Part shown: positions 1 through 7,094 of the stretch, one piece after another | Layout: each line of letters starts with the position of its first letter | How positions within the stretch are numbered: position 1 is the stretch's first letter | Source of the DNA: an uncultured Janthinobacterium sp. | GTDB lineage: Bacteria > Vulcanimicrobiota > Vulcanimicrobiia > Vulcanimicrobiales > Vulcanimicrobiaceae | DNA length: 16,795 nt | Direction: 5' to 3' | Assembly (NCBI GenBank): GCA_964658025.1 | Contig: CAZZXB010000065.1 | Coordinates: 1-16,795 of the forward strand | The notes under the pieces: generated by a model | Told to the model about the DNA's origin: nothing | Database searches by the model: none | Seen by the model: the letters and a program-made list of their open reading frames with translations, nothing else | Made by a program: the position numbers and the translations under genes

Positions 1-606
1 CGCGAGCGCGACGCCCGCATAGCCGAACGCGCGTAGCGAGCGGAGCGGTCCGAGCGCGCACCCGAGCGCGACGAATCCGAACGCGAGCGCGAACGCGGCG
101 AACTGGTTCGCCGTCACGAAGACGCCCGCGGCGCGACCGTCGTTGAGCGCCCAGAGCGCGAGCGGTCGGCGCAGGACGAGCATCGCGAGCGCCGCGACGA
201 GCGCGAGCGCGCCGAACGCGAGATACGGCAGGAGGACGACGCGCGCCGTGTCGTCCGTCGCGAACGAGTCGACGAGGGCGAGATGGAACGCGCCCCCGAG
301 AAGCATCATCGCGACGACTTGGAGCCCGGAGAGCGGGTCGAGTCCGAGCGCCGTCGCGAGCGCGGCCGCGAGCGTCCACGGGACGAGGATCCCGAACGAC
401 GTCGTCGCGGCGACGGCGCGGCGACGACGGACGAGCGTCGCCGCGCACGCGAGACCGCTTCCGACGACGACCGCCGCGAGGAGCGCCGCGTCGGCCCGCG
501 AGAGGAAGACGTATCCGACGGGCGGCGTCGGTGCGAGCGCGGCGAGCGACGTGTACGCTTGGATCGCCGTGAAGAAGAGCGCGAGCGCGACGGCGCGCGC
601 CTTCAG
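1..606 (-). CDS. O-antigen ligase family (WaaL/Wzy_C/IctB-like) polytopic membrane protein, 3'-truncated by the window edge; probable CTG start
   Basis: Not in the ORF track. Manual translation from 606: (L/M)KARAVALALFFTAIQAYTSLAALAPTPPVGYVFLSRADAALLAAVVVGSGLACAATLV...PWTLAAALATALGLDPLSGLQVVAMMLLGGAFHLALV...LWALNDGRAAGVFVTANQFAAFALAFGFVALG. It has several TM-like segments and an R-x-x-G-x-F-x-x-x-N-x-x-A motif typical of O-antigen ligase-like proteins. The frame is open to base 1. The CTG overlaps the upstream stop (CTGA, 603-606). Confidence 0.7.
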   Translation of the reverse strand, partial: MKARAVALALFFTAIQAYTSLAALAPTPPVGYVFLSRADAALLAAVVVGSGLACAATLVRRRRAVAATTSFGILVPWTLAAALATALGLDPLSGLQVVAMMLLGGAFHLALVDSFATDDTARVVLLPYLAFGALALVAALAMLVLRRPLALWALNDGRAAGVFVTANQFAAFALAFGFVALGCALGPLRSLRAFGYAGVALA

Positions 607-1751
607 GCGGCGAGCTCCGCGACGACGCGCGCGATCGTCGCCGCGCCGCCCGCGTCGCCCATCCGCTCGCGCCCCGCGGCGCGCATGCGCGCGAGTCGGG
701 CCGGATCGGCGAGCGCGTCCGCGAGCGCGCGCGCGGCCGCGTCGGGTTCGGGGGGGAGTAGCGCGAGCGCGTCGCCGAGCAGGCGCCGCTGACGCATGCG
801 ATACCAATCGCGACCGCCGCTCTTTCCGGCGAGCGCGAAGATCGGCAGGCCGAACGCGGCGCCCTGTTCGTTCGCGGTTCCGGCTTGGCCGACGACCGCG
901 ACGCTCGCGCGCAACAACGCCCCGAACGACCCGGACCAGCCGACGATCTCGGCCCCGCTCGCGCGTGCGACGAACGCCGCGGGTCCGCCCGCGCGCGCGC
1001 CGATCGACCAACCGTCTTCCGCGAGCGCGCGCGCGAAGCGATCGGCGTCGAGCGTGGGCGCGATCGAGAGCAACGCGCGGGGCTCCGGATCGAAGGCGCC
1101 GAGCGCGCGGATCACGCGCGCGAGCCGGACGGCGTCCGCGTACGCTTCCTCGCGACTCCCCGGCGCGAGCGCGAGAAAGCGCCCCGGCAGCGCCGCGGGC
1201 GCGTCGTCGACGAGATCGACGATCACGTTGCCCGGCGCCGAGGCCGCGGTCCCTCGCGCCGCGAGCGCTTCCGCCGTCCGCGCGTCGCGCACGAACGCGA
1301 CGCGCGCGCGCCGTAGCAGCGAACGCTCGAAGGGTCCGTACGGCGCGACGTACGCGCTCTTCGCCGTGCCGACGAACACGGTCGGACGACGCGCGAGCAG
1401 GGCGAGACCGAGCGCGTAGGCGTCGCCGACGGCGACGACGACGTCGTACCGCGCACGCGCGCGGACGAGAAACGCGATCTGCGCGCGCGCGAGACCGAGA
1501 AAACCCGCGCCGAGATCGCGCGCGAACGCGCGCACGTTCCCCATGGCGACGAGCCCGCCGCTCGGCATCGCGCGCCGCGGACCGACGAGCGGGAGGATCT
1601 CCGAGGGCGTCCCGGTTCCGACGAGCGAGAGCAACTCCGGCGCGCACGCCGTCGCCGTGGCGCCGAGGTGCGCGCGGAGCGCCGCCGCGATGCGGATCGC
1701 GATCGCGTTCTCGCCGTGTCCGTTGGCGACGAAGAGCACGCGCCCGCTCAC
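603..1751 (-). CDS. Lipid-A-disaccharide synthase-related protein (TIGR03492-like, GT-B glycosyltransferase fold), 382 aa
   Basis: C-terminal part of track ORF 603..3722. GTG at 1751 overlaps the upstream TGA. Motifs: RVLFVANGHGENAIA, MPSGG, VVAVGD, FVGTAKS, FVRD, PGNVIVD, LAPGSREEA, GQAGTANEQ, QRRLLG, GRERMGDAGGA, as recalled for the cyanobacterial-type LpxB-related family. Confidence 0.8.
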   Translation of the reverse strand: MSGRVLFVANGHGENAIAIRIAAALRAHLGATATACAPELLSLVGTGTPSEILPLVGPRRAMPSGGLVAMGNVRAFARDLGAGFLGLARAQIAFLVRARARYDVVVAVGDAYALGLALLARRPTVFVGTAKSAYVAPYGPFERSLLRRARVAFVRDARTAEALAARGTAASAPGNVIVDLVDDAPAALPGRFLALAPGSREEAYADAVRLARVIRALGAFDPEPRALLSIAPTLDADRFARALAEDGWSIGARAGGPAAFVARASGAEIVGWSGSFGALLRASVAVVGQAGTANEQGAAFGLPIFALAGKSGGRDWYRMRQRRLLGDALALLPPEPDAAARALADALADPARLARMRAAGRERMGDAGGAATIARVVAELAA

Positions 1752-2482
1752 GCCGCGGGCGCGCCGAGCAACGGCACGAGATCGAAGCGCGCGATGCGCG
1801 CGCGGCCGTCGCGCGGCACGAGTTCGGTTCGCGATACGAACGCGCCGTACGGTCCCGCGTGGACGATCGGCACGTCGCCGACGTACTCGGGCCGGGCGAG
1901 CGTGTCGTGACTGTGACCGCCGAGCACGAGATCGAGACGCGGGACGGCGCGCGCGAGCTCGCGATCGAGTCGCAATCCGACGTGCGAGAGGACGACGAGC
2001 GTCGTATCGGGCGCCGTGTCGGCCGCGATCTCGCGCGCGACCGCGAGCGGATCGAGAAAGCGCCATCCGAAGGCGCGCTCCCACGGGCTGCCGTGCGGAT
2101 ACTGCACGACGAGTAACGAGAACACGCGCAGCTTCCACCCGTCGCGTTCGAAGCGCAACTCGCGCACGAACGGAAGCTCGCGGCCGCGCACGTCGACGAG
2201 ATTGGAACAGACGAGCGGGTGGCGCATGCTCCGCGCGCGCGCGCGGACCGCGTCGAACCAATAATGGAACTCGCGATTCCCCATCCCTTGCGCGTCGTAC
2301 CCCGCCGCGTCGATCTCCGCGACGATCGGTTCGCGACCGCGATAGATCGTCTGGCTCCCGCGCAGCGAGTCGCCGCAATCGAATAACAGACCCGGATCCC
2401 GTTCGCGTAACGCGAGCATCCGCGGGACGAAACCGCGATGGTCGTGCAGATCGGAGGTGTGATAGATCCGCAGCGGCGTCAC
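1748..2482 (-). CDS. Calcineurin-like metallophosphoesterase (UshA/5'-nucleotidase N-terminal-type, single domain), 244 aa; candidate UDP-2,3-diacylglucosamine hydrolase
   Basis: All five metallophosphoesterase motifs are present in order: HTSDLH, DCGD, GNREF, LSHVG, GGHSHD. No signal peptide and no C-terminal 5'-nucleotidase domain. GTGA overlaps at both ends. Confidence 0.88.
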   Translation of the reverse strand: MTPLRIYHTSDLHDHRGFVPRMLALRERDPGLLFDCGDSLRGSQTIYRGREPIVAEIDAAGYDAQGMGNREFHYWFDAVRARARSMRHPLVCSNLVDVRGRELPFVRELRFERDGWKLRVFSLLVVQYPHGSPWERAFGWRFLDPLAVAREIAADTAPDTTLVVLSHVGLRLDRELARAVPRLDLVLGGHSHDTLARPEYVGDVPIVHAGPYGAFVSRTELVPRDGRARIARFDLVPLLGAPAA

Positions 2483-3584
2483 GACGCGACCGCCGTGCGC
2501 GCGAGCGCCACCGCGAACGCCGCCGTGCGCCGCAGCGCCTCCGGCGGACCGCGCGCAAGTCGCGGGCGCGCGCCGCGGGATCGGCGAGCGCGGATTCCAT
2601 GGCGCGGGCGAGGTTCGCGGGCGTCGCCTCGTCCTGCAAGAATTCCGGGAGCACGGCGCGCCCGAGCAAGATGTTCGGCAGCGTCACGAACGGATGGCGG
2701 TCGAGCCACACGCGCCGGGCGATCGCTTCCTGCGAGCGCGCGACGACGTAGAGCGCGACCGTCGGCACCTCGCGGAGCGCGGCCTCGAGCACCGCCGTCC
2801 CCGACGCGATCCACGCGGCGTCGGCGTCCGCGAGCGCGGCTTCCGCGCCGCGCACGAGGTCGGGCGGCCGCGCGCGCTCCGCGAGGATCTCGCGGACGGC
2901 GGTCTCCGCTTCGGCGTGCGCGACGGCGATCGTGAAGCGCGCGTTCGGACGCGCGGCGCGCACGAGCTCGCTCGCGTCGAGCAGGCGCGGGAGCAACAGC
3001 ACGATCTCGCCGCGACGGCTCCCCGGTAAGAGCGCGACCGTCCCGCCGTCGGGCGCCGGCGTCGGTCGCGGCGCGCGCGGCGCGACGAGCGATGCGAGCG
3101 GATGGCCGAAGTACGCGATGCCGTATCCGAGCGAACGATAGAAGTCGCGCTGATGTTCGAACGCGGTGAGCGGTACCGTCGACGCGGTCACGGCACGCGC
3201 TTTCTTCGGACGGTCGAGCCACGCGCCGGGCGGAAAGTAATAGAGGATCGGCTGACGGTATCCGAGCGCGCGGAGCGTCCGTGCGAACCGCAGATTGTAC
3301 GCGCCGAAATCGACGAGCACGATGAGGTCGACGGGATCGCGACGCAGGCGGAACGCGTGACCGAGCATGTTCGCGAGCAGCGGCGGGATGCGACGGAGCG
3401 CCGCGATCGGGCCGAGGCTCGCCCAGCCGGTCGTCCGCGTGACGAGCGCGACGCCCGCGGCTTCCATCCGTTCGCCGCCGATCCCGGCGAACGTCGCGTC
3501 CGGTTCGAACTCGCGCATCGCGGTCGCGAGCGATGCCGCGAGCATGTCGCCCGAGGCCTCGCCCGTCGCGAAGAACGCGCGCAT
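2479..3584 (-). CDS. lpxB: Lipid-A-disaccharide synthase LpxB, with an apparent frameshift near 2551
   Basis: ATG at 3584 overlaps the lpxA TAA (TAATG). Motifs: GEASGD, LVDFGAYN, YYFPP, FGHPL, LLPGSRRGEI, ASGTAVLEAAL, LPNIL, PEFLQ. The natural-looking C-terminus GPPEALRRTAAFAVALARTAVAS* is in a different frame and ends at TGA 2479-2481, which overlaps the next GTG. Confidence 0.9.
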
Positions 3585-4351
3585 TATTTCAGGATGCCGC
3601 GCTCCGACGGCCCTTCGACGAACGCGAGTAAGTACCGACCTTCGTCGCTCGAGACGAACGAACGCATCGCTTCGATCGCCTGTGAGATGTTGTAATTCGA
3701 GCGATAGAGCGCCTTGTAACACTCCTTGAGTTCCGCGATCGCCTCGGGCGAGAACTCCGCGCGCCGCAAGCCGACGCTGTTGAGTCCGTAGGGCTGCGCG
3801 GGATTGCCTTCCACGAGAAAGTACGGCGGGACGTCGCGCGTGATGCGCGAGATGCCGCCGACCATGGCGTGACGCCCGATGCGCACGAATTGGTGGACGC
3901 CCGTCTGCCCGCCCACGGTCGCGTAGTCTTCGATGACGACGTGACCCGCGAGCTGCGCCGTCGACGACATCGTCACGTGATCGCCGATCCGACAGTTGTG
4001 CGCGATGTGGACGTAGGCGAGGAGGAGGCTGTCGTCGCCGACCGAGGTCGTCTCGCCCGCACCCGTGGCGCGATGGACGGAGACGAACTCGCGCAGGACC
4101 GTCCGATCGCCGATCGTCGTGAACGAACGCTCGCCGTGCGATTTACGATCCTGCGACGGGGCGCCGATCGAGCAGAACGGATGGATCTCCGAATCGGCGC
4201 CGATCGTCGTGTGTCCGTTCACGACGACGTGCGCGAAGAGGCGCGTGCCGCTGCCGATCGTGACGTCTTCGCCGATCACGCAGTACGGACCGATCTCCGC
4301 GCCCGCGTGGATCGTCGCCTTGGGATGGACGACGGCGGTTTGGTGGATCAC
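3584..4351 (-). CDS. lpxA: Acyl-ACP:UDP-N-acetylglucosamine O-acyltransferase, 255 aa
   Basis: GTG at 4351 (GTGA overlap with the fabZ stop). MIHQTAVVHPKA, hexapeptide repeats, PSQDRK, HRATG, HIAHNC, VHQFVRIG, DVPPY, GLNSVGLRR. Confidence 0.96.
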   Translation of the reverse strand: MIHQTAVVHPKATIHAGAEIGPYCVIGEDVTIGSGTRLFAHVVVNGHTTIGADSEIHPFCSIGAPSQDRKSHGERSFTTIGDRTVLREFVSVHRATGAGETTSVGDDSLLLAYVHIAHNCRIGDHVTMSSTAQLAGHVVIEDYATVGGQTGVHQFVRIGRHAMVGGISRITRDVPPYFLVEGNPAQPYGLNSVGLRRAEFSPEAIAELKECYKALYRSNYNISQAIEAMRSFVSSDEGRYLLAFVEGPSERGILK

Positions 4352-4839
4352 TCGTGCAAGACCGAGGCGTCGCCGCCGAAATCGTCGACGAACGCGACGG
4401 AGAACATGAGCTCGGCCGCGCACGCGAGCTTCCCGTCGACCTTCGCTTCGGCCGACACCCACCCCATCGCGGAACGACTGCGCAAGAGTTTCACTTCCAT
4501 GTCGAGCCGATCGCCCGGGACGACGGGCCGCCGGAACTTCGCCTTGTCGATCCCCGTCAGGAACGCGATGCGACGGCGGAAGTCGTCGGGCCCGAGGATC
4601 ATCGTGCCGCCGAGTTGCGCGAGCGCTTCGATCATGAACACGCCCGGCATGAGCGGTTTGCCGGGAAAGTGCCCTTGGAAGAAGTGCTCGTTCATCGTGA
4701 GATTCTTGTAGCCCGTCGCGTGCTCGCCGAATTTGAGCATCGTGATGCGATCGACGAGCAACATCGGATACCGGTGCGGCAGGACCCGCATCAGTCCGTT
4801 GATGTCCATCCCGCCTTCGCCGAGCGACGTGCCGCTCAC
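4348..4839 (-). CDS. fabZ: 3-hydroxyacyl-ACP dehydratase FabZ
   Basis: LPHRYPMLLVDRI, FFQGHFPGKPLMPGVFMIEALAQ, KFRRPVVPGD. Start is either GTG 4839 (overlaps the lpxC stop) or ATG 4809. Confidence 0.96.
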   Translation of the reverse strand: MSGTSLGEGGMDINGLMRVLPHRYPMLLVDRITMLKFGEHATGYKNLTMNEHFFQGHFPGKPLMPGVFMIEALAQLGGTMILGPDDFRRRIAFLTGIDKAKFRRPVVPGDRLDMEVKLLRSRSAMGWVSAEAKVDGKLACAAELMFSVAFVDDFGGDASVLHE

Positions 4840-5675
4840 GCGCCGTGCCCCGCGCGCTGCGTCGCGTATGCGTCGCGCAGCGCTCGCACCGCCGACGCGT
4901 GGAGACGATGGCCGCTCTTCACCGACACGACGTCGCATTGCGGATAGCTGCCGAGCAGGGCGAAATCACCGATCAAATCGAGTACCTTGTGCCGGACGAC
5001 TTCGTTCGGCCAGCGGAGCGGCGTCATCGGTCCCTCGGGAGCGAAGACGAGGGCGTTGTCGAGGGTGCCGCCGCGCGCGAGCCCGGCGGCGAGGAGCGCT
5101 TCGACTTCGTGGAGATAGCCGAACGTCCGCGCGGGCGCGATGTCGCGAACGTACGATCCGTCCTCGACCGTCGCGTCGATGAACTGCGCGCCGACGGGCG
5201 GCGCGAAATCGACGGCGCACCGCACGCGAAACCGTTCGCTCGGCGAGACGACGAGGACCGCGTCGCCGTCCTGGAAGACGAACGGTCGATCGACGACGAG
5301 CACCGGACGCGGCGCGTCCTGCTCGAGCGTGCCGACGCCGGCGATCGCCGTGGAGAAGATCGCGGAGCTGCCGTCCATGATCGGGATCTCGGGGCCGTCG
5401 ACCGCGAGCACGACGTTATCGACGCCGAACGCGAGGAGCGCCGACATCACGTGTTCGACCGTCGAGACCGTCGACGAGCCGACCCCGATCACGGTCGCAC
5501 GTCGCGTATCGACGACGTGGTCGGCGTGCGCCGGAAATTCCGTCCCGTCGGAGAGGCGGAAACGTCGGCCGCTTCCGACGGGTGCGGGATGCAGGACGAG
5601 TCGGGCGGGCGCGCCCGTGTGCAGACCGACGCCGTCGAATTCGAGCGCGCCGCGAAGCGTCCGCTGGGCCGTCAT
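4836..5675 (-). CDS. lpxC: UDP-3-O-acyl-N-acetylglucosamine deacetylase, 279 aa
   Basis: ATG at 5675 (ATGA overlap with the lpxD stop). QRTL...GVGLHTG, TVEHVMSAL, EIPIMDGS, IAPARTFG, zinc motif RHKVLDLIGD, KSGH. Confidence 0.97.
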   Translation of the reverse strand: MTAQRTLRGALEFDGVGLHTGAPARLVLHPAPVGSGRRFRLSDGTEFPAHADHVVDTRRATVIGVGSSTVSTVEHVMSALLAFGVDNVVLAVDGPEIPIMDGSSAIFSTAIAGVGTLEQDAPRPVLVVDRPFVFQDGDAVLVVSPSERFRVRCAVDFAPPVGAQFIDATVEDGSYVRDIAPARTFGYLHEVEALLAAGLARGGTLDNALVFAPEGPMTPLRWPNEVVRHKVLDLIGDFALLGSYPQCDVVSVKSGHRLHASAVRALRDAYATQRAGHGA

Positions 5676-6676
5676 TCGCGTTCGAGCGCGCTCACGCGCT
5701 CGTAGAGTTTCTCGAGGCCGCGGATGCGCGCGATCTGACGCAGTTCGCTGCGATGATCCTGAGCCGGATGTCCGCTGATCGTCGCGCCGTCGGCGACGTC
5801 GCCCCAAACCATCGTGTTCCCCGCGACGGTCACGCGCGAGCCGACCGTCGTATGTCCGTTCACGGCGCTACGCCCGCCGATCATCGTGTGATCGCCGACG
5901 CGCGACGAACCCGCAAATCCCGAATGCGCGGCGACGCCGCAGTGTTTTCCGATCGTAACGTTGTGGCCGATCTGCACGAGATTGTCGATCTTCGTTCCGT
6001 CGCCGATCCGGGTCGCGCCCGTCTGCCCGCGATCGACGCACGTGCCCGCGCCGATCTCGACGTCGTCGCCGAGCACCACGTTGCCGATCTGCGGGATCTT
6101 CACGAAACGCGCGTCGACGAACGCGTACCCGAAGCCGTCCGAACCCACGATCGCGCCCGGCTGCAACACGACGCGTTCGCCCGCGACGCAATCGTCGAGC
6201 AACATCGCGCGCGGATGCAAGGTCGACCGCGCGCCGAGCCGCGCGCGCGCGCCGACGAACGCGCCCGCCGCGAGCACGCAGCCCGCGCCGACGTGCGCGT
6301 CGGGACCGACGTACGCGAGCGCGCCGACGTGCACGTCGTCGCCGACGGTCGCGCTCGGATCGACGACGGCCGAAGGATGGCGGTACGGCGCGACGGGGCG
6401 CGGCGGTTCGAGGCTCGCGAGCAACGCGGCGAGCCCGGCGCGCGCCGATTCCACGATCACGAGCGGTTTTTTCGACTCCACGCGATCGGCGAGCGCCGCC
6501 TCGGTGAGGACCGCCCCCGCGCGCGACGCGAGCGCGCGTCGCAGGTAACGCTCGTCGACGGCGAAGGTGAGCGCGCGCGCGTCGACGTCGTCGATCGCCG
6601 CGACGCGATCGATCTGCGCGTCGCCGTCACCGCGAACCGTCCCGCCGAGACGCGCCGCGATATCGGCGACCGTCAC
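5672..6676 (-). CDS. lpxD: UDP-3-O-(3-hydroxyacyl)glucosamine N-acyltransferase, 334 aa
   Basis: N-terminal LpxD domain followed by hexapeptide repeats. GSDGFGY, KIPQIGNVVLGDDVEIGAGTCVDRG, TKIDNLVQIGHNV. Confidence 0.96.
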   Translation of the reverse strand: MTVADIAARLGGTVRGDGDAQIDRVAAIDDVDARALTFAVDERYLRRALASRAGAVLTEAALADRVESKKPLVIVESARAGLAALLASLEPPRPVAPYRHPSAVVDPSATVGDDVHVGALAYVGPDAHVGAGCVLAAGAFVGARARLGARSTLHPRAMLLDDCVAGERVVLQPGAIVGSDGFGYAFVDARFVKIPQIGNVVLGDDVEIGAGTCVDRGQTGATRIGDGTKIDNLVQIGHNVTIGKHCGVAAHSGFAGSSRVGDHTMIGGRSAVNGHTTVGSRVTVAGNTMVWGDVADGATISGHPAQDHRSELRQIARIRGLEKLYERVSALERE

Positions 6677-6683
6677 CGTACCG

Positions 6684-7094
6684 TCACGGCGATTTGGCGG
6701 GCGAGGGTTCGGTGATGTCGAGTTGCTTCTCGACGTCGGTCGTGATGTCGGTCCCGCCGTACCCGGTGAACTGACGCGTGACGACGAGCTTGAAATGGCG
6801 GTCGGTCGCGACGCGTTGTGCGGCGTTCCGGACGTCGTCGGTCACTTCGTTCTGCATCGCGACGAAGCGCGATTGGAGCGCGGCGAGATCGTGCTGTTTC
6901 TGCTGCGGCGACGTCGCGGAGCGATTGATCGCCTCCGTATCGCTCGCGAGCTGGTTGGAATAATTGATGAACTTCGGCCAGTTCGCCTGAATGCGCGTGA
7001 GATCGACCGTCGCGACGGTCGACGTCGATGCCTGTTGCGAACCGCATCCCGCGGAGAGCGCGAGCGCGATCGCGCAGATCGTTTTCCGTTTCAC
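6684..7094 (-). CDS. Small Skp/OmpH-like lipoprotein, 136 aa
   Basis: Signal peptide with lipobox (MKRKTICAIALALSAGC). Skp-like head VATVDL, short helical arm, and tail RVATDRHFKLVV...GGTDITTDVEKQL. GTGA overlap with the upstream stop. Confidence 0.75.
   Translation of the reverse strand: MKRKTICAIALALSAGCGSQQASTSTVATVDLTRIQANWPKFINYSNQLASDTEAINRSATSPQQKQHDLAALQSRFVAMQNEVTDDVRNAAQRVATDRHFKLVVTRQFTGYGGTDITTDVEKQLDITEPSPAKSP

Noticed and set aside
1748..2482. Labelling the phosphoesterase as lpxH or ushA
   Set aside because: Motif context is UshA-like rather than LpxH-like (no HGD motif), yet it lacks the UshA signal peptide, C-terminal domain and GNHE His. Neither symbol is supported.
2551..3222. 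ORF 2479..3222 as an independent gene
   Set aside because: Off-frame over lpxB. Only its last 23 or so codons look real, and they are the displaced LpxB C-terminus.
603..3722. 1039-aa ORF as a genuine LpxB-LpxB-like fusion protein
   Set aside because: The middle is Arg-rich off-frame translation of the metallophosphoesterase gene, and the first 46 aa overlap lpxA. It is better explained by one frameshift near 2551.
3584..5807. Extended starts for lpxA (4462), fabZ (4938) and lpxC (5807) in the ORF track
   Set aside because: The extensions overlap upstream genes and are non-homologous; stop/start overlaps indicate 4351, 4839 (or 4809) and 5675.
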